A stretch of 63,858 nt of DNA, counting the filler, from Octopus bimaculoides (taxonomy: Eukaryota), in the NCBI RefSeq assembly GCF_001194135.2. It is 9 parts of 9 records of this genome, joined end to end, with 100 filler letters (N's around TTAATTAATTAA, not from the genome) between each part and the next. Parts side by side here need not be neighbours in the genome. Positions count along the whole stretch, not along the records: positions 14,421 to 29,208 come from NC_068982.1; 8 more parts are not named here. One strand, 5' to 3'. The position numbers and the translations under genes were made by a program. The notes beneath the pieces were generated by a model. That model did no database searches. It saw only the letters and a list, made by a program, of their open reading frames with translations, and was not told the DNA's origin. Positions 14,421 through 28,269 of this stretch are shown here, one piece after another. Numbering within the stretch: the first letter of the stretch is position 1; each line of letters begins with the position of its first letter.

Positions 14421-14956
14421 GTTACTTAGACATTAACAAATTTATTAGAATATTTAGCTGAAGATCAGAATAGAGTATTTTACTCTTAACTGTGAAACAA
14501 TTGTACTAAATTAACTAAAGGCAAGTGTTTTTTACTCTTCTCTGCTGTTTTTTGTTCTGTGTGTATCAAAAATATCGCTATCAATCTGGAGTAATAATTT
14601 GTAGTTTTGAAATCAGTAGTTCTTTGACTGCTATTTCTGAATTCTCAGTATGTTGGAGAAGCAGGTTACTGTCAATCCCTATATATTTATGATTATATAT
14701 ATATATATATATATATAGGTTATAAGAGGTAATGGTTTCAGTAAGATCAAAAGGTGTCAGGTAATGCTGAGTAAGTGCTAATAATAGACCATAGTTAAGC
14801 TCCAGGTTCGGTGATTATGCGAATAAGGATTCCAACGTAGGTCAAATATCAGCGTGTGTGTGTATATAAATTATGGAAGATTTATGTGTATATATAAATA
14901 TGGAAGATTTATGATAATTAAAAATTAGAAGAGACATACATACATACATACATACA

Positions 14957-14988
<32 letters not shown>

Positions 14989-16622
14989 CGTATGCGTGCA
15001 TACGTCATAGCATTTGTTATTTGTTTATATATGGCCGATTCTTTAAGATTTTTTTGTTTCTAAGTCCTGGTCTTGAACTCCCATGTACAATCGTTTTTGC
15101 AGGGCTTCAAGTCGATCCTGTTACTTTTAGTGAAATTGGTTTGGTGAAAACTGTGCAAAGGGAGAATTGGAGAAGCCTGTGCGAGCGATTGTGGAAGTCT
15201 CTTTAAATATGGCTACCTCTTCGGATGATCTACTTCAAGATTTCTTTCAGCGTACATTTGTCGCTGGATTACTCAATTACTGTAATAATTGTTCATTGAT
15301 TAGATGGTTGTCGAATAATAGTATGGGACTATGTAAGCATGCAAAAACATTACAAGTGTATAGAAGCTTAGGTTTGATATCTAAGGATACTAGGTAATTA
15401 ATTTATATTTAAAGTATGTTTGCGATGAATGCTCGCTGCAAAGATGATTTGTTTTCTATCTACGAGTAAAAGACGAAGTCTTCAGCGGATCTTCCGTTAT
15501 GGAAAGGTGGGTGGGACAATAATTGTTGTATTGTGGGTATTAACAGATAGATTAAATGCATTATCCATTAGTGAAGCTAAGACTTTCTATATAAAAGAGC
15601 CAAGTTTACTTGAAATTAGATTGTTGGAGGATAAAGCTTTCTTTGAGGCATTGGTCTATCGCATGTAACTTCAATCATAAGATTATTTACATTCGGCATA
15701 ACCACCTTCAAGTAATTCCTTAATTCTTTCTCAGTGAATGACATGTATTATTCCGGAAGATAAATTCAGTGCCCTTCATGCGGGACGAACATTAAAGTAT
15801 CAATTGTAACAAGCAGTTTGGAAAGCCAAAAACACGTTTTCTTTCTCTCTCTTAACAACCTTGCCACCACATAAGTGGTCGATCTAAATAAACATTGAAC
15901 ATTTAAGCAAACATACACACCCATATATATCTGTGTGTGTGTGTGTGCGTGTGTGTGTGTGTGTGTGTGTATGTATATATATATATATAGATTGCGTTGT
16001 TTTCTAGTACATTTAAAAATGTAACTGCACACATATTTAAATAGCTCTATTGTCTGCAAAATGTTAACGATTTCTTGGCAACAACGTGCACTCTGTACGA
16101 ACCACTTATGTGTAGAATGGTTACGCCATTTATTGTATAAGATAAAATTAGAACACATGTGTTTGTGTGTAAGTGCGTGTGGTGTATCTGGGGAGGTTTA
16201 TTTTGCCAGTAAAATATATACTCACTAGTCCCATTTCACTTCTTTTTAATATTATTAGACGGCGAATTAACTAAACAATCAATTAAGTAATCGACTTTTT
16301 GACTAATCATTTGATAAAACAACCGGCTTTTTTGTCGCCATTCACGCCCTCTTTAATGTGGTGCTGTCGTTACTCCATGTTGTTCGTGTTGCATCGAAAG
16401 TTTCGCTTACATTTTGCTGGCTTTCCGAAGCAGGCAACTCAGTATTTAAAGAGGCGAAATCAACAACGGTTGAAGTGAGGGTTTCATCTATGTTCGTACT
16501 TTACGACGTCCTTTTCAATGAAATTGTATTTACTTCATTTTCTTGAAATCGAATACAATGCCACGCTGAATTTTTGGTTAAAATCCTTGTTTTTGATTAT
16601 CTTATCTTTTCTTTTGATTTTG

Positions 16623-16686
<64 letters not shown>

Positions 16687-16871
16687 NNNNNNNNNNNNNN
16701 NNNNNNNNNNNNNNNNNNNNNNNNNNNNNNNNNNNNNNNNNNNNNNNNNNNNNNNNNNNNNNNNNNNNNNNNNNNNNNNNNNNNNNNNNNNNNNNNNNNN
16801 NNNNNNNNNNNNNNNNNNNNNNNNNNNNNNNNNNNNNNNNNNNNNNNNNNNNNNNNNNNNNNNNNNNNNNN

Positions 16872-16936
<65 letters not shown>

Positions 16937-18587
16937 CTTTCTTCAAGAGCAAAATGCCTTAGAATCTACTTCCCATTAGAGTTACAGTATATACGCTATT
17001 TATCTCCAATTTGTATTTGTTTCTTCAACCAGCTCGAATGCTTCATTGAATAAATTTCTTTGTCTCTTTCAGTTAATACTAACCATAGAGCTAATCATCT
17101 TCTTTATTGCTTTATTCAAGTCGATTGATTTAAATATTCTTAGTACCTGTTTATTTATTTATTGTAATTTTGGCATACTTGTATACTCTCGTTTGTCCGA
17201 CCTAACTTGTATTATTTAACTATATAATTCCCTAGAAGCATAAATCTACTGGCTCTCTGAAGTGAGCGACCCTGCTGTTAAAGAGATAAAATCGTTTTGA
17301 TCTTCAATCAACAGCTGATGAACGGAGAGTTGGGTTTATGTTTGTGTTTTTCCATATCCCTCTCAATGAGCTTTTATGTACATATTTTTCTCCTGATTAT
17401 AACGCCACACTCAATTCGTACACAAACACACACACACATACACATACATACACACACACTCACACACGTGCCCTTATATATCACTCATCTTAACTANNNN
17501 NNNNNNGTATGTATGTATGTATGTATGTACTATGTATGTATGTACGTTTTGAATATGAAAATAAAGGTCCTATTCTGTTATGCCAGCCAGTCTGGTGAAC
17601 CAGCTTTTTGGAGTTGCATCGAACTGTACCGATATATAATGTAGGATAAATATAATAATGGTAACAACGATAAACCTTGGATGGAATTTGTAAACATTAA
17701 ATATTTATAAATTTCATCCAAGGTTTATTGTTATTATTATTATTATTNNNNNNNNNNNNNNNNNNNNNNNNNNNNNNNNNNNNNNNNNNNNNNNNNNNNN
17801 NNNNNNNNNNNNNNNNNNNNNNNNNNNNNNNNNNNNNNNNNNNNNNNATATATATATATACATATATTATAATGTTAGGGAATTTCAAAATCTGAACTCA
17901 TAAGGATATACAATTTAATAATATCAAATTGAATTATATAATGAAACATATATTAATAATTTACAGAAGAACCACCACGGTGTAACTCAAACGATGAAGG
18001 AGATCAAATATCATCAATAAAAGCATGCTATACAAAATACTAGTTTAAAAATCTAAAACCATGACACTTTATTTATTGTACTAAATATTGCTTAAACTTA
18101 CAGATTTTTCTACTTTTTCCTATTTTATTTTATTGCATCTTTAAATATTACGATACGTTTTTTGAAGTTACAAGACCTGAAGAGTATCTTCATTCTGAGT
18201 GGTATTTATCTTGATCGATTTATTGTAGATTGACAAGATCTTTTCCACTTTTATGTGGCCATAAAACGCGCGTAGTCTTTTTATTATAAGAATGATGAAC
18301 AAAACACCCGTGTTTCTGAAGGTGAATTATCCAAATTCCAAAGGATTCCTTTCAACAGATGGCTATGATACTCCCCCACTTCTTCTGCTCCTGATTAGAG
18401 ATGCACATATCGTCAGCCACTAAGGGACATGCTCAACTGGTTAAGGTCAAGCAACTGACAAGCAAATCTGTGGTATTGAGCACAATATTTGCTGCAACCC
18501 ATCTTTTATACCAAGGCAAAACAATGTACATGATAACACTTCCAATCAGTTAAGGTCAGAAGCCACGAGAGCCACTACCCGGTACTA

Positions 18588-18647
<60 letters not shown>

Positions 18648-18654
18648 CATTATT

Positions 18655-18803
18655 AAGGCGGTGAGATGGCAGAATTGATAGCACGCCAGGCGAAATGCTT
18701 AGCGGCATTTCGTTCGCCTTGACGTTCGGAGTTCAAATTCCGCCGAGGTCGAATCTACCTTTCATCCTTTCGGACTAGTTGAGCACCATAAATTAAGTAC
18801 CAG
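18655..18803 (+). mobile_element. Meta-domain-like SINE, 5' part
   Basis: aaggcggtgagatggcagaa...gagttcaaattccgccgaggtcga...cctttcatcctttcgg. Confidence 0.75.
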
Positions 18804-18816
18804 TAGTAGTAGGAGG

Positions 18817-18855
<39 letters not shown>

Positions 18856-19019
18856 GATTGTCCATAATAGTGAGATAACGGATGTTCGCGTCACCAAAAC
18901 CCATAGCATTAATATCATCACCGAATTATCAATTACTCTAAACCCATTTCAACAACAGTAACAAAAGCAGAATCAGGTGCATACATCATCATCCCCTGGC
19001 ATTATTTAGTTAGACTGCT

Positions 19020-19050
<31 letters not shown>

Positions 19051-19746
19051 ATGACGACGTGATACAAGCGTTTCTGTTGGGTCAATATGTCAGCTGTAAT
19101 GTTGACGCCGGCTCGTTCATTTATTCAAAGTCATTTTTGTATAATGATCCTTTGGTTGTGTTATATAGTAAATCTATTGTAGTATATTACACGTTTGAGT
19201 CGACATTGAGTGTATAATTAGATTCATTCGGTAAATGTAAACAGATGCTTATACAATCTCCCTGATCACCCCCTATTTTCATCTTTTTATTTTCATTTTT
19301 TTTTGTTACCCATAGAGAGATTGTTAAAGCTTGTGTTTACATTTGCCTATTGTATCCAATTAGCTGACTAAACCGTGTACTAAAACAATACATTTTCTCT
19401 TTAGTTGAATTACAGTCTAAAAGAGTAATTGACTTATTTAACAATAATTAATTCATTGTAATTCTTTACATAGCTAGGATCAAAAAGTGGTGTTTTTATT
19501 CAGAGTCAGAAGCTACATCAGCCCTCAACAATTACTGGAATTCTACAAAGCTCAGATGAACCTCACAATGGTGTAAAATAAAGTAAGTACCAGTTGAACA
19601 CTGGGGGTCGATGTAATCGGCTCACTGCGAACTTGTGGCCCTTGTGCCAAATTTTGAAACCATCATTAATATTATTAGATCCAGCAACTAAGTCCTTGCA
19701 CTAACCACTACGTCGAGTTCTGTCTTTCCAAAAGGTCGGTCTTCTA

Positions 19747-20638
19747 CGAGGGTAATCCCAAAAGCAAGGTCTCCAAAAATATTTAGAAATCACAGAAACG
19801 TTTATTGTCACGATGTTTACATAATTTTGAAATTTGAACATTTATCTATTTCCCGACATAATCGCCATTTCGGTCGATGTATTTTTGTAGGCGTTGTGGC
19901 AGTTTTTCTCATGCCCATGTCATACCAGCTCACTGCCATGTCGTTGAGGAAGCGTTGTACCTCATCTTTCACCTTGTCGTCGTTGCTGAAGCGCGTTCCG
20001 ACTAAATGTTCTTTCAACTTAGAGAACAGGTGGTAGTCACTGGGTGCCAAGTCCGGACTATAAGGAGAGTGGGTGATGACGTCCCGTTTATGGTCTTTGT
20101 GCCGTTTATGGTCTTCTGTGAGTATTCGCGGGAACCATCTTGCGCACACCTTCTGATATTGCAACTTTTTACTCAAAATCCTATATGAATGGTGCTACAA
20201 GAAACCTCGGGAACTAAAATGCGGAGATCATCCAGAGTGATCCGCCGATTTTCACACAGGATTTGCTCAACCTTCGCGACTGTCTCATCGGAAATTGATG
20301 GCCACCCGCTTCTTTCTTCGTCAGGAATCTCAGTACGACCAGCTGCAAACTCTCTACACCACTTGAAGACATCCGTGCACGACTCGCCATACACTACCGT
20401 TAATTGGCGATGAATTTCAATCGATTTCAATCGGTGTGAACTTCACAGTTGGTGATAGCGTTAATCGGGGTCTCCATCAGATACGACTGTTAAACCAAGA
20501 CTGAGTGAGGCAGCGAGGCGCGCACAGGAACAGGTGCAGGTGCATGCACAACAAACACAAAAGTATTGCCAATAGCCGCACGCACAGTATCCTTGCGTCC
20601 CCAACGCTTTGGAGATCTTACTTTTGGGATTATCCTCG
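19747..20638 (-). mobile_element. Internally deleted mariner (Tc1/mariner) transposon with both TIRs
   Basis: 28-bp TIRs at 19747-19774 and 20611-20638, each flanked by TA. Minus-strand frames encode the HTH region (IHRQLTVVYGE...WCREFAAGRTEIPDEERSG), a WVPRxL-like motif (ARWFPRIL) and YSPDLAPSDYHLF. Most of the catalytic domain between them is missing. Confidence 0.92.
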
Positions 20639-20844
20639 TAGAATTTCCTGTGTGCTTATTTCATTTTCACATGCGTTAACTTGCAATGGTTTACTTGCAG
20701 TCGCTGACCTCGCAGGACCTGTAAGGGTTATGAACACTGACACTGCCACATTTTTTCAGATTCAGCAAATAAGGCTCCTTGAGGAATAAAACTCAAAGGT
20801 TCTGGCAACACTAAATGAGTATTGAATTAATATCCATTTCTTAT

Positions 20845-21046
20845 TTTGGCACAAGGCCTAAAATTTATGACGAGGGAGCTAACTGACTCCATCAACACCA
20901 GTGCTTTCTTAACTGATACTTATTTTATCGAAAGGATGAACGGTAAAGTCGACCTCGGCAGTATTTGAACTCAGGACGTAAAGACGAACGATAGGCCGTT
21001 AAGCATTTTGTTCGACGTGCTAACGGTTCTGCCAATTCGCCGCCTT
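20845..21046 (-). mobile_element. Meta-domain-like SINE, diverged
   Basis: Reverse complement of the same head and central domain. Confidence 0.7.
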
Positions 21047-21266
21047 GTAATGAATTAATAATGATGTTTTGAACTTTTAAAACCTCTTCACTGAAGTTGT
21101 CGTCGTCGTCGTCGTCGTCGTCGTCATCGTCGTCATCGTCGTTGTTGTTGTTGCTGTAGCTATTGTCACTTAACTCATGTATTGTAAGAATGAACACCAC
21201 AACTAAATATCATTTCCCCTTTTTTGTTTGTCTTTTGTATGTGTGTGTGTGGGGGGGGGTCGTATA

Positions 21267-21538
21267 TAAGGACTACATTTTCTAATTCACCCCTTCCTTC
21301 TCAATGCATCACTGTATAATTTCGAGCAAATTGGCAGCTATTTCGAGCACGCTGAGAGATCATTTAGAGGCTACAGCACTGCTTGTTAAAAATAATTCAT
21401 TATAAGGACTATATTTTCCAATGTACCCCTCCCTTTTTAGTGCAGTACTGTTTGATTTGGGGCAAATTGGCTGCTATTTCGAGCAGATCGAGAAATCACT
21501 CAGAGGCTACAGCACAGCTTGTTAAAAAGAATTCATTG
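21267..21538. repeat. Diverged 136-bp tandem duplication
   Basis: Units start with taaggact at 21267 and 21403 and share gcaaattggc.gctatttcgagca and agaggctacagcac.gcttgttaaaaa. Confidence 0.8.
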
Positions 21539-22089
21539 CTATGTAGAAAAAAATCTCTTTAGCTCACCCTTGTGTAAATAAATTTGTACACTGGTGTTAC
21601 TTTGGTTACCGTTAATACGCCAGTGTAATGAATACGCCCGTTCAGCTTGTTAGCTTGTTAACCTTTACGTATATTTGAACCTGTACAACGGTGGGATTTA
21701 TCTCATTTTTAAAAAAAATTCTTTTTATAGCACTTGTTAAAAGTAAGACCACTTGAAATTAAACATGAAATACATTAATTTAACATGAACAGATGTCGAT
21801 CCGTCCATCTTTGAAAAAAGGAGAGAGAGAGAGAAGAAGAGACAGAGAGAAAAGTATGGAAGGGGATGCAGAATTACTAGAGTATTTCCCGTCCTCTCTA
21901 AAACATAGAGATAAAAAGGAAAAGTTGTCAATGATGGTGATTTTAGAATGAGGGAGTGTTATTTTCCGAGAAGCTTCCTAATGGTGATTTGATCCTCTTC
22001 AAAGGTCAACTTGATTATGAATATATATATAATCCTACGAACACACACACACACATACACACACACACACGCATACACACACACACACA

Positions 22090-22135
<46 letters not shown>

Positions 22136-22722
22136 TATTCGTATTATGCGAATCATGTATGAGCGTAGCTTTTGATCCAGACAGCTACATTTTTTGTTTT
22201 AGAGTTTGATCTATTTTTACATTTCTTTTTACCAAATTTTCTTTTCCCTTTGAAGTGAATAATAGACCATTCGTGATGCTTGCCCTTTAGACTCTTGAGA
22301 GAAGGAACAAAGATCGTTGATGCTAGTGAAACCATTCTTAGNNNNNNNNNNNNNNNNNNNNNNNNNNNNNNNNNNNNNNNNNNNNNNNNNNNNNNNNNNN
22401 NNNNNNNNNNNNNNNNNNNNNNNNNNNNNNNNNNNNNNNNNNNNNNNNNNNNNNNNNNNNNNNNNNNNNNNNNNNNNNNNNNNNNNNNNNNNNNNNNNNN
22501 NNNNNNNNNNNNNNNNNNNNNNNNNNNNNNNNNNNNNNNNNNNNNNNNNNNNNNNNNNNNNNNNNNNNNNNNNNNNNNNNNNNNNNNNNNNNNNNNNNNN
22601 NNNNNNNNNNNNNNNNNNNNNNNNNNNNNNNNNNNNNNNNNNNNNNNNNNNNNNNNNNNNNNNNNNNNNNNNNNNNNNNNNNNNNNNNNNNNNNNNNNNN
22701 NNNNNNNNNNNNNNNNNNNNNN

Positions 22723-22776
<54 letters not shown>

Positions 22777-23650
22777 CATATATGTATGTATGTATAATTA
22801 ATTTACAAAGGTACCGTTAATTCTATTATTATCCAAAGTTACTAATTTAAGAATAATAATAACAGAACCAACGATACAGTCGGCAACAGGCCAAAAAATA
22901 GCATTTAAATAGCCGAGAGATTAAAATTAATTAAAGGATATACTAAGTATGTCTACCTGCTTGAAATAACAGTCAAAACTCGTTATTAAATCGCCAAAAA
23001 ATACACTGGTGATAACTACACAAATCAAACGAAGGCAAATTTGGTTAAGACAGTCTACTTACATATATTTAAGCATTTCGATTCACGTGGATTAATGTTA
23101 ATAAACTATTTTTCTCGTAGTTCTATAACAAGCTTATTTTACACTGGGAAGCTGCTGTATTTTTGTACAATACCGAAGCAAGTCTCAAGAAGGAAGCTAA
23201 ATTCTGCTTTTCAGAAGACATACTCTCATGGAATGTAATTACAACCGGAAAATTTAAGCATCTTATGATGCCTGACCACCCGCTCAGTACCTGATTTGGT
23301 AGTGTCTTGATCTGTCTCAAATTCAGAGTAAAATTTTGTATACACTTAAAAGCTGCAAATACCCTAACAATTATGAGATGCGTCGTGCAGCCACGTCATT
23401 TTCAAAAAGGTTACTCATGTCCAAACTCTAAAATTTTTCGAAAAACAAAATAATTAAAAAACAAAACATATTATTGTTTCACACGATATCAAATAGCCGG
23501 AAAACACAGCAGCATCGTCATTTAGTAATAAAAATACTTCAACTGAACCACCAAAGAAAAATCTCCATCAAGCACAAGAAATCTTATGTAATATAAAACG
23601 CAGACACGCATATGAGACTTGTGTATGTTTAATTGCTATATGAGTATGAA

Positions 23651-23682
<32 letters not shown>

Positions 23683-23825
23683 TGCGTGTATATGTGTGTG
23701 TGTGTGTGAGTGCGTCCGTGTGTATGCTTGTACATGAATATTTGTGTATATGTGAGAGAGTTAAATAAATTCATTTATGCACAAACCTACTCATAAATTT
23801 ATATGCATATATATTAGTATAAATT

Positions 23826-23884
<59 letters not shown>

Positions 23885-24078
23885 NNNNNNNNNNNNNNNN
23901 NNNNNNNNNNNNNNNNNNNNNNNNNNNNNNNNNNNNNNNNNNNNNNNNNNNNNNNNNNNNNNNNNNNNNNNNNNNNNNNNNNNNNNNNNNNNNNNNNNNN
24001 NNNNNNNNNNNNNNNNNNNNNNNNNNNNNNNNNNNNNNNNNNNNNNNNNNNNNNNNNNNNNNNNNNNNNNNNNNNNNN

Positions 24079-24139
<61 letters not shown>

Positions 24140-25216
24140 GTATGTATATGTATTTGTATATGTGTGTGTGTATGTACGCATGTAATCATGTACATATATA
24201 TACAAACATAAATATATTATATATTGTTTATGTATATACACACACACACAAACATACTTGTATACATACATTAGAATATATTTTTAAACAAAAGCTCTAT
24301 ATATAAACACATACATACATATACACACACACGTGCACACATACACACACACGCATATATATTTATATACGTATCCCGAAAGTGACCCTTGCCTGTGCTT
24401 ATTCTTAATTAATTATTTCCTTTCAAATTAAAGAAAAAGATTAATCCCTGTTCGTTGATTAATAACATAAGATTTTTCAGTAAACGTTGTTTACTTATAT
24501 TTCAAATTTTAACAAAATGTTTCTTTCTTTAATGAAATCCAATACTGTTAAATACTGCACTAATTTCAAATAAGAAAAAACACTAATTTCCAAATATGGT
24601 CGTTCCTCGAAACCAAATATATACAGCATATACAGTTTAGAAGTGAAATAAATTGGTCTGTGACGATGGGGGTGGAGGCTTTTTAACGGTTCGGGCAAGA
24701 CCTTTCGTGTTGGTTAAGTTTCGTTTTATAATTGATTCTAATGATATCATGTGAACAGACCACTGAATCACGGTGCTGGTTGTACAGAAGCAACGTAATG
24801 TTGCCTAGCCCCCAGAGCAGAGTGTGATCGAGTAGAGCTGTGATCAAAGGCATTCCAGCCGTAACCTTGTCCTCAAATTTTCAAACACAATGTATCTAGG
24901 ACTAAATTTTTCAAAGCGTCGTTCTACTTTTTCCTTCTTTTTCTTTTGCATGCGGAAAAGTTTAGTTTGTGACATATTGAGCTACTTTTCTAGTATGTCG
25001 AGTAACGCATAGAAGCTCTTTCATTTGATGGAAACACTTTCAGATCAACGCAGTCAATTGTTGATTTGGTAATGAGTTTACCGACAGACTTAACCATTAT
25101 CATGTGATCCTTCATGAACAGCATGCACACAGACAACCCATTTTTTTCTCCTTCCCCTCTTTCTTTCTCTCTTTCTCTTTCTCTCTCACTCTTTCTTATC
25201 AGTCATCAAGTATACA

Positions 25217-25606
25217 GTTGTTGTTGTTGGCACTCCGTCACTTACGACGTCCAAGGTTCCACTTGATCCGATCAATGGAACAGCCTGCTCATGAAATTAA
25301 CGTGCAAGTGGCTGAGCACTCCACAGACACGTGTACCCTTAACGTAGTTCTCGGGGATATTCAGCGTGGCACAGTGTGACAAGGCTGACCCTTTGAATTA
25401 CAGGCACAACAGAAACAGGAAGTAAGAATGAGAGAAAGTTGTGGTGGAAGAGTACAGCAGGGTTCGCCACCATCCCCTGCCGAAGCCTCGTGGAGCTTTA
25501 GGTGTTTTCGCACAATAAGCACTGACAACGCTCGGTCTGAGAATCGAAACCGCGATCCTATGACCGCGAGTCCGCTGCCCTAACCACTGGGCCATTGTGC
25601 CTCCGC
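25217..25606 (-). mobile_element. tRNA-derived SINE family C, full length, 14-bp TSD
   Basis: A and B boxes, ~390-bp body, (CAA)n tail. TSD tcatcaagtataca at 25203-25216 and 25607-25620. Confidence 0.92.
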
Positions 25607-27989
25607 TCATCAAGTATACAACTCACACACAAAAAGACACACACACACACATTAGCACGATTGATTTAATTTAATTGTACTGTAAACTAATAAGTTCACA
25701 TTCAACAATAATAAAATTGATATAAAATAATAAATGTATACACATTAATGATTAAGTAATGAATATTATATCTGAGCTTTTATATGACTCATGTTAGTAT
25801 TGCCAAACATACTAATCCGTAAGTTACTGAACGGAGACGGTTACCTGCTCCTTCTTGTAATTTAACCTTAGATTAGGGCGGAAAACAAGAAAATTCGGTA
25901 GAACGTCGACAAAAGCGCCTTGCAGGATTTGTTCAGACTCTTTACGTTCAGTGTTCGATTTCTGCTGCGGTCGGGGTTTTATGAAATAAAATAACAATGA
26001 AGCACTGGAATCAAAAATATCGACTACATCATTTCCCTTAAAATTGCTGGCGTTGTGCCTAGACCAGAAACCTCTGTTTAATCTCCGGTCATCCCAGATC
26101 AAGAAGACTTATAAGCAGAAGTGTTACAGCTTTGAGCAACCTTCTTTTTTTTTTAAAGAGAAATGTAACTGCAGCTTATGTTATTCAATAAGGGCTTCTT
26201 TTTTTATTTTTCTATTTATTTTATTCATTTTTTTCCAAGACGACATGGTATGATGTAAGAAGACAGGAGCTGATATTTCAGGAATATCTAACGACCACCT
26301 AAAGACTCTTGTACCTTCGCCTTTCGAAAAAGACTTGACTAGATATGTAGACTGAAACGGTCATTCTAGACTGTTTAACTGACTTTATTTTGAACCCAGA
26401 TAGGAGCATTTTATTTCACTTCCGCCTTGTATTTATGAGTCGGGATTTAGTGAAAAGTGTAAAGAGAGACATCTTCCATATGACTGGTTCATCAACTACT
26501 ATATTATACGAAAACGAACGCTTCAGTGGTCCTCTAACTTATCCAATGAGGATTACGAATATGTGGATAGAAGGAGGTAATTTATTTTCAAGCCAACGAT
26601 CGATATACCGGTGAAGATTTTGATCCTTTGTGTTTGGTGGGAAAACTGCTGGGCTTCCTGATTAGTGTTTCAGGTAGTAACTACATTATGGCACTTAATT
26701 TATCTGATGAAGCTTCCGTTTCTTTTCTTATTACTTATCATGGTTCATTGACAGTTCTCTCACGCAATGCTACGTTTCAGATAGCGTATTGTCATTTCAT
26801 TTGAACGCTTTTTTTCACATTCTCACGTTAACAAAGTTAATCTGTTTCTTTATTGCTTTTCTGAGAAAAAAAAATCACCGTGGGCGTTATAGTTTGAGGA
26901 GTCATGTTAATTTTGTTATTGTTGTTGCTGTTGTTGTAGCTGTCGTTTTTGTAGTTGTTATTGCTGTGTATAGTCGTAGTGGTTGTAAGTCAACAGAGAG
27001 AACGATACGAAAACAACTCTATTTATCCACTGGACATGATACCTTTCAGTGTGCTTTTGAGGAACCCGATGCTCAATTTCCCATGCAAATTGCATGATAT
27101 TGTTGTCGGTGTTGTTTTTGTTGTTTAGTATCAAGTCAAACCTGATTGAATAGGCTTATGATCAAAAGTGTTACAACTGTGATCGTACCATCCTATTTTT
27201 TTTCATACATATTTTTTCATGCATTAATCACTGTCTTTCCTTTTTTTTTCTTACTAAAACGTCAGGTGTGGATTATAAAAGACTTAACTTCTATTACAGC
27301 TGCTTAAATGACCACATAAAGTGTTCCTCGATTGAATCAGTTTGAGTGTGAAAAATTACGAATTGTGTGATGTTCAATATTGTTTCTATGGTAATACTGT
27401 AATTAGCATTGGTCCCGAGAAAACCAATTTTCAAAACCTGTGGTTTATTTTTAGCAGAGATTGACTAATCGTTGTAGGGGCTTGGTTTACATGGATACTC
27501 CAGAAGTTATGGCAGCTCATATAGGCAGAGAAGACAACAGATATTGAGAAATTTTGAGTATTTAATGGCGTCCTAATTAAGCATTTGACAGGCACGTTTG
27601 CATTTTGAATACTGGTCGAAAAAGTTGATCTTTGTTAATAAACAAACATTTGACTCCGAAACGTGTTTCTCTCTCTCAATATGTATATGTCTCACCCCCT
27701 CTCTCTCTCTCTCTTTCTCTAAATCCACCATATCTTTCTCTCTTCTCTCTCTCTCTCCCTTGTGGATCTGTGTGTTATATATAAACACAGGCAATGCATA
27801 TGTACACTGGAGAGATGCACGAGTGCATGTACACACATATACATACACACATACACACAAATACAAACATCTATAAGTAAATCTAAAACAGTTATATATA
27901 GTAAATATGTTAATATTTTGATAGATATATTTAGATTTTGATGAGGATCTAAGTAATATAAAATTAATGCTTCTAAAATTAGAAAATAT

Positions 27990-28170
27990 AAAATAAAACC
28001 AATGCGTATGCCATCAGGAGAATGGAATTGTGAAGACTCAGGCACAGTTTTGTGACTATTAACGATGTGCCAAATTGAGAAATCGTTCTATAATCCTTAT
28101 CAGGATTTAAGAGGAGCAAGCTCAGGATTTCTGTAACATTTCTGTGGAGGTAAAGTATTCCACTCGTTAG
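27990..28170 (-). mobile_element. Possible CR1/L2 3'-terminal fragment
   Basis: Minus frame ANEWNTLP resembles the WNxLP motif at the end of CR1/L2 ORF2. Heavily degraded. Confidence 0.35.
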
Positions 28171-28269
28171 CTGCTATGTTATTTTGTCAACACCTTTGTA
28201 AATGAATAGAGCATGCCGTGGTTAAGGATGTGCAGATCGGCGCTGGGGTTGCGACATCACCAGAATTTC

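Noticed and set aside
16340-16545. S/T-rich minus-strand frame (STNIDETLTSTVVDF...)
   Set aside because: Bounded by stops, no convincing splice sites and no recognisable homology.
17323-17345. Isolated CTGATGA motifs (also ~26704) as further hammerheads
   Set aside because: No downstream stem II plus GAAA and no stem I pairing.
18340-18585. Segment with CCAAT-like and TATAAAA motifs on the minus strand (LTR or promoter?)
   Set aside because: It resembles a common interspersed repeat from recall, but there is only one copy here and no TG...CA termini or TSD were seen. Cannot classify.
23063-23125. Minus-strand segment with strong acceptor and GTAAGT donor
   Set aside because: Stops in all three frames and no supporting neighbours. 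At most a non-coding exon.
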